Shown here piece by piece: positions 1 through 14,297 of a DNA stretch of 64,000 bases. Every line of letters starts with the position of its first letter. Positions within the stretch are counted from its first letter, which is position 1. The position numbers and the translations under genes are program-made. Source of the stretch: Octopus vulgaris. Lineage: Eukaryota. Under the pieces are notes generated by a model. That model did not search any database. It was given only the letters and a program-made list of their open reading frames with translations, and was not told the DNA's origin. The stretch covers positions 35,154,001 through 35,218,000 of the forward strand of contig OX597826.1 in assembly GCA_951406725.2 (NCBI GenBank), given 5' to 3'.

Positions 1-2
1 AT

Positions 3-605
3 TAGTTTGATGACTTCTTCGTTGATTTCCTCGTCTATGGTTTTTACTTTTTCTTCATTCGTTTTAGCTCTCAGCTTAAGTAGTTCTATTTCCATCTTCA
101 TTTTTTCTAATGACATTTTTTCTCTAAGTTTTCTTTGTTCTTCTGGTTCTTCCGAGATGGGTTTGATTTGTAATTTACGGGGTATGACTAGGGGTGTTGA
201 GTCTAGCCATTTTTGGTAAATCTCTGCTTTATTCTGATTTTGTATCATTTTCCAAAAAGCGAATTTTCTGTTTCGCTGTAGTGTTCTCCATTGGGAGAGG
301 ACTTGGTTCTTTATTTGTAATGTTGAAGTTGCTCGGTTCTTCTCATGTGTTCCTTCTTTTTGTTGCTCTTGTTTCGTAAAGTTTGTGAAGAATGTCGTCA
401 TTGTATCGCATAGATTTTCAACTTTCTCGAATATTTCGGAGGGTGTTTTATTCGATTCGGTTTCCTCGTTAGTTTGTGTAGAAGGTCGAGGTGTTAAGTT
501 GAGTTTGTTTAACACTGCTGTTAGGTTTGAATTTATACTTTTCAATTCTTTCAGTATCTCTTCATTTATTGAGGAGATGTCGTTGGTGTCTTTTTTAGCA
601 GGCAT
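3..605 (-). CDS. 5' part of an uninterrupted ORF (>=201 aa, continues off the window start); coiled-coil-rich, probably retroelement ORF1 or N-terminal region
   Basis: Hand translation from ATG at 605: MPAKKDTNDISSINEEILKELKSINSNLTAVLNKLNL...QNKAEIYQKWLDSTPLVIPRKLQIKPISEEPEEQRKLREKMSLEKMKMEIELLKLRAKTNEEKVKTIDEEINEEVIKL, with no stop down to position 3. The sense strand is very A-rich, as in LINE/PLE ORFs. It is missing from the ORF track, presumably because no stop lies inside the window. Confidence 0.7.
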   Translation of the reverse strand, partial: MPAKKDTNDISSINEEILKELKSINSNLTAVLNKLNLTPRPSTQTNEETESNKTPSEIFEKVENLCDTMTTFFTNFTKQEQQKEGTHEKNRATSTLQIKNQVLSQWRTLQRNRKFAFWKMIQNQNKAEIYQKWLDSTPLVIPRKLQIKPISEEPEEQRKLREKMSLEKMKMEIELLKLRAKTNEEKVKTIDEEINEEVIKL

Positions 606-1039
606 TTTCGGGAGCTCGTACGTGATATGATATTTATAATAGGATTAGCTCGTATACGAGTAGGTATATATTTGTAAAAAATGAAGTTCGAAAATGCTGC
701 TGTATTATACAATTTTTAATTTTTATATATATATATATATACATCTTCACCCTAAACCCACACCCCACCCTCACATCCCTACCACCATACACCTTCTCAC
801 ACTAGCACTAACCACTTTCCAACACCCACTCTATTATCCACATATTAAAGACGCACACGCGCACATCCCTTTCCACACTTACTCTCACATACACACGCGC
901 ACCTTCATTTTGGGACCACAAGTACTTTATTATTTTCCCTTCTTCCTACCTCTCCTGTCTAATCACCTTTGTCCAACCAGTCGCCTTTATTGACCGCTAA
1001 CTCCAAAAATGTTCACTATTCTCGTTCTGTTTTCTATTC

Positions 1040-1180
1040 TCCCCCTGTTTTTTTCCTCGGAAGAGCGTAGGCTCGAAATGTAAAAGATTTTCTCACATTC
1101 CCGAGCATCAAACTAATAAACCTGCTAGTTGTTTATACACCTATTTTCGTCTTTTGTTTTTCTGAAAAGTTCAACTATAT
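1040..1180 (+). mobile_element. Penelope-like short repeat with degenerate hammerhead core
   Basis: cggaagagcgtaggctcgaaatgtaaaagat has a GAGC/GCTC stem followed by GAAA. A related copy lies at ~51700-51735. Confidence 0.5.
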
Positions 1181-1214
1181 ATATATGCATTTCAAAATGT
1201 AACCACGTGTGAAT

Positions 1215-1400
1215 AGTTGGCGATTTTCTTCCCCCGTCTTCCCTTCTTTTGGACTTACCTCTTTTTCTGAAGAAGAGCTTTGCTCGAAACGTTAAATCCT
1301 TTTCTTTCCTTTCCTGAGCGTCTGATAATACATTACTTGTACCACGTCCTCGCGTTGTTGTTTTTTCATGTTTGTTCTTTATTTGGATTCACTATATATG
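1215..1400 (+). mobile_element. Penelope-derived non-autonomous repeat with hammerhead-like core
   Basis: ctgaagaagagctttgctcgaaacgtt at ~1268-1293. Flanks match the minus-strand copies at 20000-20200 and 23135-23330. Confidence 0.65.
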
Positions 1401-3439
1401 AATATATTTATATATGTGTGTGCATGTTTGTGTGTGTGTGTGTGTGTGTGTGTGCTCCCATGTATGTATGTATGACATATATGTAATCCATTCGACGATA
1501 AGTCATACTTTATATATTTTATTTGATATTATGCGATGATATTCGGGTCTTCAGCAACTACATTAATATGACAAAATTGAGTTCACATAAATAACGTACA
1601 AATATTTAAGGTCAAAAGGAAATGATCAATCTCACACTTTGGAGTCTCGTTCTTAGTCTAATAACGGCAAAATTGTTTTAGAATATTCCCTCTTGAAGAG
1701 ATACCTACTGGCGATACGAAAGAACTTCCAACATTGCGATTGATATAGAAGAGCTTGCAAAACGTTGTAGTCTGTGTGCGGGGCAAAATGTTTCAGATGT
1801 TTGTTTCGCCTTTGTTTAAACTCTTTGAGGAACATCGATTTATGGAATAAATGTTTCCCTTGCTGACCATTGTTGCTTTCTCCAGACTATGATATCGTAT
1901 TGATTTAATTTCATTTACAATGTTTAGGTCGGCTAAGGTTGTTGTTCGAGGTAGTTGAAACCACGTTGTGTACACTGGAATCACACCTGAATCAAATATT
2001 TTCATCACATTGTCGTCATTCGTGAGTCTAAATTTTCCAATAACATAGGATCAGAAAACTGTACAAAATGGGACCAGTCCAGCGTTATTAGTCATATTTT
2101 TGTTGGGAGAAAAATATATACAGTTCACAGTTAGACAGTTGAAAGGAATAAAAGTTGTTACAGATTCAGAACAGGACGGATGAGACAATTACTATGAAAC
2201 GTTGATGAGATTTTTAATTATAATAATTCATGATCAATATAATATATTAATTGATAATTATGCCAATAATTCTAAGATTATTTTAATTATTTTAGGATTA
2301 TTATAAGTTTACACTAATTATTCTAAAATGTTTCTGTTGAGACATACATTTCTAAATTTTGCGTATAACATCATAAACAGTTTAGACTTTGGAGCAAACT
2401 CTTAGATAATTAAATAAGAGAAAGTGTAAAAGTTTCCTGTTATTCTCTTTCAGTGACACGCTGCATCTGCTCTAATACACAACGACACACATGAATCTCT
2501 CTCATATAACCACTCATAGATACGCACAAAATCGGTGGTTTTGATATTTTCCTTTCCGCATTCCTACAATGATCACAAATTAGTATTGCTTTCGATTAAT
2601 CAGCATTCCAAATATTTTAATTGAGATAATCTATCATCAATATAATGAGCTAGTGTTCTCAGATCATTAGAACATTTCAAAGTCCATTGAATGACATAAA
2701 AATCTTTTCTACTTTTTTTTAATCCTAGACGCCAACGATAAATTCATAATCTGTAGTGATAATCAAAGGAATTATTAATATTGCATCTTTATTATGATAC
2801 ATAATGGCCCAGGTAAATGAACAGCATTACTTTTATATACAAACGTGGCGTGATATTCTTCTCTTTTTTGTCTTTAATATCTTCTATAATTGACAAATTG
2901 CATTATGAATTTCCAAAACTGTTTTGTGTTCATCAAGAGCTAAAAAGTTACCACGCTCAATTCATCAATATGCATATATTGTATATTATTATCATTATCG
3001 TGGTGTCATTCACCGTTCCATGTAATCTACAAAGAGATGGCGAGGGAGTGATAACTCAAGTGAGTTTCCATTCAAATTGTCATCGTTTCTAGTCAGATCG
3101 AGGTTCTATTCTCAACTGTATGCTGCTCTTCGTAAAAAGGATTCTATTATTTTTGTGATCCTTTTATAGCCAAACTCGGTAGAGTACGCCGCATTAGGTA
3201 TATTCTATCGTAGCGTCAGCAAAAATCTCCAGCAAGACTAAAAAGTGTTCCAGCCTCCTTGAGACATCTCCGCTTACCCGTTTTTCTACGTAATTGAGTG
3301 GAATGATCACCAAATCAAGAATCTAATAGAAGAGTAAAATAAGCGATTTAGACTGAGAGGAGCGAGAGAGTGACGGAAGAGGTAACAACAGAAACTGCCA
3401 CAACGCCACGCACATAGGTATTGTTTATATCTTAATCTT

Positions 3440-3735
3440 TTGCTACTTTCTGTCATAATACTGTGGTCATGCTTGTGCACCGCCTTGAAGAATTTTTAGT
3501 CGAATACGACGACCCTAGTACTTACATTTTATAAAGCATAGTACTTATTTTATCGGGTTTGTTTTGCTGAACTGCTAAGTTAGGGCACTAAACCCGCCAA
3601 CACCGTTTGTCAAGCGCTGGTGGGGGAGCAACCACAAAGACACACAAACACATATACACGATGAGTTTCTTTCAGCTTCCGTCTACCATGACTCACGATG
3701 CTTTGGTCGGCTTGAGGCTATAGTTCAAGAAACTC
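3440..3735 (-). mobile_element. SINE family A (tRNA/CORE-like head, internal microsatellite, conserved tail), degenerate copy
   Basis: Reverse-complement similarity to the 32820-33295 copy (ctttggtcggcttgaggctatag, ttgtcaagcg, gcaccgcctt). Confidence 0.7.
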
Positions 3736-3876
3736 TTGGAGTCATGATAGATGCAAAAAGATTCTAAGAATATAAACGATACTTTAACCGTCACATTAAA
3801 TCTCACAAATACATAAAACCATCACACATTCTGCGTGTACATACACAACCACTTCTTTCCACAAACACACACGCGC

Positions 3877-3914
<38 letters not shown>

Positions 3915-3916
<2 letters not shown>

Positions 3917-4120
3917 TCTTTTCTACTCTAGACACAAGGCCCGAAATTTTCGATAAGGGGGGCCAGTCGATTTGATTGACCCCAATACGCAATTGGTACT
4001 TAATTTATCGACCTCGAAAGACAAAGTCGACTTCGGCGGAATTTGAACTCGGAATGTGATGACAGACGAAATACCGCTAAGCATTTAGCCCGGGATGCTA
4101 ACGCTTTTGCCAACTTCCCG

Positions 4121-4125
<5 letters not shown>
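3915..4125 (-). mobile_element. SINE family B (Meta-domain-like)
   Basis: Reverse complement of ggcag..gttagc..gagttcaaattccgccgaagtcgactttg..cgataaattaagtacc; followed by (TA)n. Confidence 0.8.
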
Positions 4126-4217
<92 letters not shown>

Positions 4218-4894
4218 TTCGTGTAGTTGTTACATGTATGTAGAATACCAAACAATAAAAATAGATTTAGGTCCTTTAAAACCATTCAAATACCTGAAGA
4301 CATCAAACATATTGATGTATCATTTGGTATTACCAGCAATTGATATCAAAATAAACACAATGAGGATTATTGAGATAGCATCTTGAATATCGAAACAACA
4401 CATATCTAAATTGATAAGCGAATAGTAATTGTAAATAGCGAACGGTTTCACAGCTTGTCAGTTTTGAAGTATGTCCATCATAATTGCTAGCTTACTCTTC
4501 AAATATATTAATACGATACTATACAAGTACGACATTTTGTTCTGCTCCCAGCTACACTAATCAGCTACATTATATTTAAGTTGTTAAATTATTCCAATAC
4601 AATGATTCTTTAAAAAAATATTTAAAAGCTTTCCATGTTTTTCTGTAATTATTTTCGTTTTACTTATTTATTTTTTTTTGTATTTTTGAAATTCTATTTT
4701 CATATATTTTGTATTCTATCTTCCATTTAAAAATTTTATTTAAATCTTGTTTTTATCGTTACTATTTATTCTTCTAATTCTCCTTCCCTCGTGCTTCTTC
4801 TCCTTCTCACTTCTCGTTTGCTCCTCCACCTTTCTTTCTTTCTTTCTTTCTTTCTTTTACTCTTCCTTCTTCAGTATTGCTGATACTATTTTAT

Positions 4895-5063
4895 AGGCGT
4901 ATGAGTGGCTGTGTGGTAAGTTGGTTCCTTACCAACCACGTGGTGTCCATGGTGTCCCACTCCATGACACCTTGGGCAAGTGTCTTCCACTATAGCCTCG
5001 GGCCGACCAAAACCTTGTGAGTGGACTTGATAGGCAGAAACTGAAAGAAGCTCATCGTATATG

Positions 5064-5123
<60 letters not shown>

Positions 5124-5345
5124 TATATATATATGTTTGTGTGTCTGTTTTTGTCCCCCAGCATCGTTTGACAACCGATTCTGGTGTGTTTATGTCCCCA
5201 TAACATAGCGGTTCATCAAAAGACAGCGATAGAATAATTATTAGGCTTACAAAGAATAAGTCCAAGGGTCGATTTGTTTGACTAAAAGCGGTGCTCCAGC
5301 AAGGCTGCAGTCAAATGACTGAAATGAATGAAATAAAAAAAGAAC
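4895..5345 (+). mobile_element. SINE family A, near full length
   Basis: gtggctgtgtggtaag head, ccttgggcaagtgtctt CORE-like segment, internal (TA)n, and tail ending cagtcaaatgactgaaa. Confidence 0.85.
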
Positions 5346-5531
5346 ATCGCATTCCACTCATGACACTCCCGTATGATTTTATGATGCGGGATGACAACTT
5401 AAGAATATCTAATATCTATATTCCTAAAACAGCATTATGTGATTTGAAAGAGAGGCTCAGCGTATTCTGCGTTGACGATTCACTAATTTTGCAGTTGTTG
5501 CTGTTCAAATTTAAGTCAATCTCTATTCAGC

Positions 5532-5569
<38 letters not shown>

Positions 5570-6035
5570 GAAAGAATGGAGAACGACGATTTAACAAAAT
5601 TCCTTTATTCTCGACATATGTTTCGAAGACTGCATATTCTTAATTCCGAAGGAATAAAGGGTATCGGTTAACCGAATTATCCATACTGAGATAATTGATT
5701 CAACTACTCAAATATTCTTATATATATATATATATGAGTCCAAAGTGTACGTATGCCGCTCTATGTATATAAAAATGAATTCAAGAAATGGGACAAGAAA
5801 GCAACAGGCGACAACAAGACATCCAGACAATTAGATGATACAAAAATTGACAAGAAAATCAAGGACGGGTCATTCAAAGTTTTCTTTCGTCTGTCGAGTT
5901 CCAGATTATCTTTACAATTTCAGCTGGTTATACTCGAGACTGCTCCAATCTGGCCAGCCCCAAGAAATGTCTAAGCTAAGAGCACTAGATTCCTTGAAAG
6001 ATAGCAGCTAATATATACGAAAACAAGTACGGATA
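5570..6035. mobile_element. Probable Penelope-like terminal-repeat remnants
   Basis: Contains gtttcgaag and tttcagctggtta motifs between (TA)n tracts. Too degenerate to fold confidently. Confidence 0.3.
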
Positions 6036-6566
6036 TATATACACACATACACAGAGGGAGAGAGAATGAGAAAGATATACATACGTACATATATATATAT
6101 ACATACATATACACACAATTATTATCTAAAACTGTTTGCCTGGACTCATGAAACTTAGTTTCTTTGGCACGTTACTGGGGCTGAGCTGGTCGTCTGCCTG
6201 AAACTGGCACATTAAGTTCTTGTATCTAACCTACGAAACTTTAATTTGCATGAGGACGAGTAAAACAGCTATGAATTATAATGTATGTAATTCCAACGAA
6301 ATATGTTGATCACCTATTTTTCACTCGTGCGCACTGGGATTCTTATATCTAAGGATATGCGATCTTTCGGCTACGCATAACTTTGCCTTTTAGATCCATT
6401 AACATAGAGATTCAAATTTTCTATGGTTTTTCCACACTCCACATGATTGGAGTTGGTCTTCAAGCCCTAAGCGTGGCTAGCCAACTTAGCGGATTCTATT
6501 TTTGTCCATGTGTCAGAAAGAAGATAGGTGGTTAGCATAGCGACTTTTGAAGTTGTCTTGGTGTTT

Positions 6567-6604
<38 letters not shown>

Positions 6605-7644
6605 AGGCAAATACCAATTTCACTGAGTAAAATACCAAGGTTGGTTCTTTCAGATGGTCCGTTTCATGGCAAATTCCTTTAGCTCCCAACCGCTGTTACA
6701 ATTTATTTCTTGAGTACTTGGAGTGTAAAGTAGAACATGCAGTTAGTGTGATCGAAACACGCGTCGGACAATTATTATGAATAAACTAATTGGAGATAAA
6801 CACAAAGTTTACATTTCAAATTCTTCATCCTCATAATAAACAATATTGTACCATATATATATATATTTATACACTATATACTATATAGTTAACTGCAGCT
6901 CTTAGTGGTCCAAATCGGATATGCATTCTATGTAGTTGACTTTTCAAAATATGAACTGGTTTAAAAAGCCACATCAGACGCCATGATGATTCTACTGTGC
7001 ACGTACAGGAGGTGCTCAGACCCTGCATAAGGAGCAGACAACTGTCTTATATGTATGCATGCATATATATTATTGTTTCCCATCAAAAAGATTGTAATCA
7101 TTTTAAGGAGAAGATATTGAATACAGTTTGCCTGAACAGTGATTATGTTTCCAAATTGTGTTGAATTTTGGTCTGATACAAATAAATTTAAGACATGTAT
7201 CATAATTGTTAATAATGAAATAAAGTACCGATTTTATAATTCCTCAACTCTGTGAGTCTATCCATGGCAGGTGTGTAACATGAGGTGAATGTCTTCGATG
7301 TTTAATAGTAGTTGTTTAAGTATTAATTGCTATATTTAATGAATCATTAGAAGTATGGGCATACGTCAGATTAAATGTTTCAAAGAATCGTATCTTCTTC
7401 CAAACAAATTGCTAAAAGTTACATAAAGGAGATACTAAATTTCTTATCGCAACTCGTACATGGCAAATATACTTAACTCTCACTTGCGGATATTCTTCGA
7501 ATTCATAAGAAAAACAGCAATAAAGAATTACACCTTTACCTCATAGATTTCTTTATAAAGTTTAAGAATATTTGAATTCAGTTGTGTCTCAACAAGTTCT
7601 CACAGATATTCCTGAAAATTTTCTGAGTAATTATTTTATACTTT

Positions 7645-7655
7645 ACACACACACG

Positions 7656-7694
<39 letters not shown>

Positions 7695-7872
7695 ACACAC
7701 ACACACACATACGGCGGGTTTCTTTCCATTTCCGTCTACCTAATCCACTCACAAAGCTTTGGTCGGCCTGAGGCTACAATAGAAGACACTTGCCTAAGAT
7801 GCCAGGCAGTGGGACTGAACCCGGAACCATGTGGCTGGGAAACAGGCTTCTTACACACAGCCACTCCTGCAT
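7645..7872 (-). mobile_element. SINE family A, head half plus (CA)n
   Basis: cagtgggactgaacccggaaccatgtgg...cacacagccactcctgc is the reverse complement of the family A head. Confidence 0.85.
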
Positions 7873-8235
7873 CATATAAGATTTCAAGATATTTGAAACT
7901 AACAGGATTTGGATGTCGCAGAAATCTCTGAAGCCATTATTTACTCTGTGAGACGGAAGAATTAAATTTGCTTTCAAATTTCTTTTTTCTTTTTCCTGTT
8001 TTTTTATCTTCAAAGTGTTAAAAGCTTAAAGGAGAAATTTCAGTGCGCTTAATTATTTTTTCCGGTTCACTGAGTTTACTTAAAGAAAGATTCATTTACC
8101 TTCAGTCTGGTGATTTAGCCTAAATGCATGCTATACAATGAATGCCACCGAGAGTGCCAGTGACACGATAGTAATGAAAAACTGAGTAATTAATTCTACT
8201 AAATAAATAATTGAGCATTTCAAAATATAACTTTC

Positions 8236-8268
<33 letters not shown>

Positions 8269-8542
8269 TGTGTAGGCAGATCGCGCTTCAAACCCAACTC
8301 AATATATGAAAATATACCTATATAAAAAATAATTCTATCAAAAGCAATAGAATGAATCATGAAAATAATATCTATAATGACCATAGAAATGTCCACACTG
8401 CTACAGTCTTGCATAAATTTAGGAACCGTCACAGAACTGGTTTATTACGTTAAAGATTTCAACAACATCTCCGATTCAATTTCTTGCTTAAGGTTGTTAA
8501 AAACGTAACAAACTAAGACTTAGTGTGAGGACAAACTGCTTC

Positions 8543-8594
8543 TGATGCTGTTGCTGCTGCTGCTGCTGTTACTACTACTATTACAACAACAACA

Positions 8595-8625
<31 letters not shown>

Positions 8626-8682
8626 ATAATAATAATAATAATAATAATAATATTAATAATAATAATAATAATAGTAATAATA
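8543..8682. repeat. Compound trinucleotide microsatellite (CTG/CTA/CAA/TAA)
   Basis: Direct reading. Confidence 0.9.
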
Positions 8683-9696
<1,014 letters not shown>

Positions 9697-9744
9697 TGTA
9701 TTTATTGATCACAAGAGCTGATTTATAATAATAAAAATTACTGT

Positions 9745-9895
9745 TCCAAAGTTTGCCACAGGAGCAGCGATTCTGGGTGAAGGGATGAATCGATTACAGT
9801 GGTAAACTGATACTTAATTTATCGATTGCGAAAGGGTGAAAAGTAAAGTCAACCTCGGCGAAATCTGAACACAGAAGGGAGCGACGGGCAATCGT
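9745..9895 (-). mobile_element. SINE family B, degenerate
   Basis: tacttaatttatcgattgcgaaagggtgaaaagtaaagtcaacctcggcg. Confidence 0.7.
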
Positions 9896-9929
9896 GCAAG
9901 GGTTCATACGGCTGTAACGATCAGCTACT

Positions 9930-11052
9930 GAACAATAAAGCCATTATTGAAGACAGCTGCAGAAAGATGTGTCTACGTTTGACCTGGATCGGCTTTTGAT
10001 AGTACTCCCCACACATGGATCCTATAAACACTAAGCATTAACAAAGTAGCAGCAATAATCATAAAATAAGTAAAGCCTTCCATAAATAAATGGCAGACAA
10101 TGCTACATCTCCAGACAAAAGAGGGACTCATAAAAACCAATGCCATCTCCATTACAAGAGGAGTATTCCAAGGAGACACACTCTCTCCACTCTTTTTCTG
10201 ATTGGCATTGGCACCTTTATCTGACATGCTAAATACAATAGGATGCGAACGCAACTGCTACAGCAAAACAATCAGCCACCTCTTATATATGTATGATCTA
10301 AAACTGCACGCTACACATGATAAACAGCTGGAAGCTCAGCACTCAAAGCAGAGACTGAAGGATTTTTTATTGCAGCACAAGCTCAAAGCCTTCCCACCAG
10401 AAATCACCAAAAACATGTAATGAAAAGAAATACAGCAAGTAACTGCAGAACATGTGGAGACGGTGATGAAACAATAAATCATGTTGTCCTGGCTGCCCAG
10501 TTCTGGCTTAGAAGGAATATATTCACAGACACGACAGAGTTGGGACCTATGTACACTGGGCGCTATGCAAACACTATGGAATAACAACAGAAAAAAGATA
10601 GTATAGGAACACGCCAGAAATAGTCACAGAAAATGAGAAAGCAACCATACTCTAGGATATGCCAGTACATACAGATAGAGAAAGGCCAATAGGCAGGATA
10701 TAGTTGTCAGAGAGCAGTAAGAAAAAAAGGCTTTCTAATCGATGTATCTAGGCCAACAGATGGCAATGTTTCTTTAAAACAAACGGAGAAACTTTCAACA
10801 TACAAAGATCAGGAAATAGAGATAACTCGAATGTAGCGTCTAAAAACAGAAACACTTCTTTTCTTAGTATGCGCATTAAGAATGATAAAAAAATATTCAG
10901 TGAAATACATAACAAAAGCACCAGCACTAACAAATATATACATCATACAGAAAATAGCACTACTAGGTACCGCACACATCCTACATAAAACACTTTCAAC
11001 ACGGTAAAATAAGTGCATCACAACAAACCACATTACATACCCAAGGCACACA
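9930..11052 (+). mobile_element. Older R4/Dong-clade LINE copy: partial RT fused by an internal deletion to the endonuclease region
   Basis: RT motifs AFDSTPHTWI, RGVFQGDTLSPLFF and HLLYMYDLKL (YMDD-like), then a jump at ~10332 to sequence paralogous to 8778-9500. Many stops and frameshifts. Confidence 0.85.
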
Positions 11053-11375
11053 AATGGTGCAAGCGCCACCCTGAGACTGTAACTGAGGGAGAAAATGTAA
11101 CGATACTTTCGCACATTCCAATGTGTACCATCAAAGCAAATAAACTAGATTTTGTTATGAAAGACCCAAACAATAAAGTCTGTTTATTGATTGACCTGAG
11201 CATACCCAGTGACCATAATATCTCGGCAAAAGAATTTGATAAGCTCAGAAAATATAAATATTTGCTAATCGAGGTCGAAAAGATGTGGAATCTCAAGACA
11301 GTTACAATACCAGTGATTGGAGGAGCACTTGGAATGATCAAAAAGAAACTGAAGATAAAGAATGATCCATGCAAG
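11053..11375 (+). mobile_element. Third REL-endonuclease LINE fragment (different subfamily) fused to the 3' UTR of the previous copy
   Basis: HPETVTEGENVTIL, IKANKLDFV, CLLIDLSIPSDHNI, EFDKLRKYKYL, TVTIPVIGGALGMI. Confidence 0.8.
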
Positions 11376-11659
11376 TACATTGTCTTAAGTGTTACTTCAC
11401 AAAATCGGAATTTTCCAGAGGGGCTCGTTGTCCACTTTAATTTTTGATAGGCGTTGATTGTCGATAGCAATAACCTCAGTATTTGGAAAAGTATTTTATG
11501 TTATGGATCACGGTAGTATTCTAACAAATAGCAGGAGTTATATTTCCTATCCCTTAACCTTAGTGCAAACCCAACGCCACTTTTTTATTTTTATTTTTCT
11601 TCTTTTTTTTTTTGTAATTTATGCACAGGGTCAGTAAATATTTCAGAGAGAATTAATCA

Positions 11660-11815
11660 ATGAAATACACAACCGAACATAACTGGTATTTCATTTTATC
11701 GAACCTACGACGAAAATGAAAATCTGAGGTCGGCAGGAATTGAAATGAGAACATCAAGAAACCGAGTAAATATTGCGTGGAAAATCGACCAATAGAGTAA
11801 CGGTTCTGGCATACA
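11660..11815 (-). mobile_element. SINE family B, degenerate
   Basis: aactggtatttcattttatcgaacc...gtcggcaggaattgaa...acggttctggca. Confidence 0.55.
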
Positions 11816-11869
11816 AAAGATATCGACAATCTGTGAAACATATTTCCTCTCAATATCTACCATTCTTTT

Positions 11870-12082
11870 AATGTGGCAATCTAGCAGAAACGTTAGCATG
11901 CTGGGCGAAATGCGTAGCGGTATTTCATCTGCCTTCTGCACTGAGTTCAAATTCCGCCGAGGTCGACATTGCCTTTCACCCTTTCGGGATCGATAAATTA
12001 ACTGCAAGTTGCATACTGGAGTCGATCTAATCGGCTGGACCCCTCCCCCAAAATTTCAGGCCTTGTGTCTAGAGTAGAAAAT
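11870..12082 (+). mobile_element. SINE family B with 18 bp target-site duplication
   Basis: Family B body flanked by AATATCTACCA(T/C)TCTTTT at 11852-11869 and 12083-12100. Confidence 0.85.
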
Positions 12083-12165
12083 AATATCTACCACTCTTTT
12101 GGCTATGATGTGTTAATTCCTACTCACATCGCTATGAAACACTTTTGTCTGGAAATCTCTAAACA

Positions 12166-12223
<58 letters not shown>

Positions 12224-12897
12224 TGTTTGAATGAATGAAATGGAAGCAAATGTATTAATTTTAAATATCATAATGTATTTTGGAACCTTGGAAAATTTTA
12301 TAAAGCGTCCATGCGTCGTTCTGCATATTTTTCGCCGTATAGTTCCTGGTTTTAATTATTTCTATGACTTTTCCCATTTTCCCACCGATCCCTTAGATTT
12401 TGAAATGCCACCCATGGGTATTTGTAGGGATATTTCTAAACGTTTGCATTGTGGAGAAACTTATTATAAATTAAAATAAAGCCATAAATTTATAGCTTAA
12501 TATTATAGCATGTACCCCTGAGTATGCTGTACACCGACACGCTCACACACATACAAACCTGTGTACATGCCTTAGCTCATATATATGAATGAATGTACGT
12601 ATATACATGCATAATACACACATATACATACATACACACACATATATATATATACATATATATAAATATATATATATATGTATATGTATATATATAAATG
12701 TATGTTTGTATGTATATATAAGTGCACATGTAGATGTGTGAGTGTGTGTGTATTTTTTGTGTGACATTTCCAGCAAATTGTTAAACGATATTGAAGATTG
12801 TATTAAAAATATATTGTTTAAGGAAAGTAGGAAAAAATTAGCATGACTTTATGAAAAGAGCAAGGAAGGAAACGAGAAAAAGGCAAAAGCAAAGTAG

Positions 12898-12940
<43 letters not shown>

Positions 12941-13084
12941 ACATTCTCTGTAGAAACATATATTTGTTTCGCGTTGCATTTATCAATACTATTAATAAGG
13001 GTACAACAAATACCAGCGTATTTTCTCTGAAATACGTGCATGTATATAAGCATATGCATGTGTACATATATGTCTGCGTGTGTG

Positions 13085-13125
<41 letters not shown>

Positions 13126-13254
13126 ATGTCTGTGTTTATATATATATTTATATATTTACATATATATATATATATATATAAATATATATATAAACACAGA
13201 CATATACATATATATATATATATATATATAAATACACACACGCACACAAACATA

Positions 13255-13302
<48 letters not shown>

Positions 13303-13420
13303 CATAAACGGAAATATTTACAAATTATTTTCAAAGATTTAGGTATGTGCATCTCTATACGCAATGTTTTAAGGGTATGCATTTTCATTTCTCCCTTTTT
13401 CTCGCTGCACAAGGAAACAT

Positions 13421-13470
<50 letters not shown>

Positions 13471-14297
13471 CATGCAAATAAAAGCAGCGTAACATACTCA
13501 ACAACGGTAATGGTCGATTTTCTCTGCTACTGTGCATACCAGATGTTAAAGGAGCAAGACATGTATTATGAAACTGTGCAACTTATTCAAAATAAAGCCG
13601 AATGGTAAAACCTATTCATGAAATGGTCCCTGGTGCAGCACAAGATAGAGATTAGAAAACCCGGGATCGTATGATTGCTAAGCGAAGTCTTAACCACAGA
13701 GCCAGGTTCCACTATTGTGTCATGACTTAAGCAGAAATGACACATAACAATTATAGAGGAACTGCAAGAAAACTGAAGACCAGCTGCTTGTAGATTAAAT
13801 GATGCTCATAGATTGTAAGTGAAGTAAACTTTACAATGGCTTAGATAGATTGCCGCAAGGACAATCTATCTGTTGCACTCATGAATTCTTGAATGTTTCA
13901 ACACGGAGCCTACAAGGAATGTCAAAAGTGTTGCTTTTTACGTTGAGCTAAAATCATAAAACTTTGAAATACTGAACTCACGTCGTATGGACGGAACTAA
14001 GGAAACGAGAGTGACATTTTTCAATGTGTCAGTGTTTCTCCATTACTATTTGTTTAGTGTATGATTCCTTTAACACTACTACTACTGATAGCAGTACATG
14101 AGTTTAAAGGACAGTTCTATAAACAAGACCTGTACAAATTTTAGATTCATCGGTGCAGAAGGCACCGCAGAGTTTCAATGTTTCCATACACTAGTGAATT
14201 ATATAAGTTATGAATACACATCCTCCTGCGAGAACTTATTGAGAATGAAAACAATATTTTATTGGTATAATTTAAAGATTTCAATAGTTAGTTATAC

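Noticed and set aside
1653-2008. Two overlapping minus ORFs that might be a frameshifted transposase or exon
   Set aside because: No recognisable motif; cannot be supported without a search.
12543-13608. 100-214 aa YI/HT/CV-rich ORFs (and many similar ones throughout)
   Set aside because: Translations of (TA)n, (CA)n and (GA)n microsatellites.
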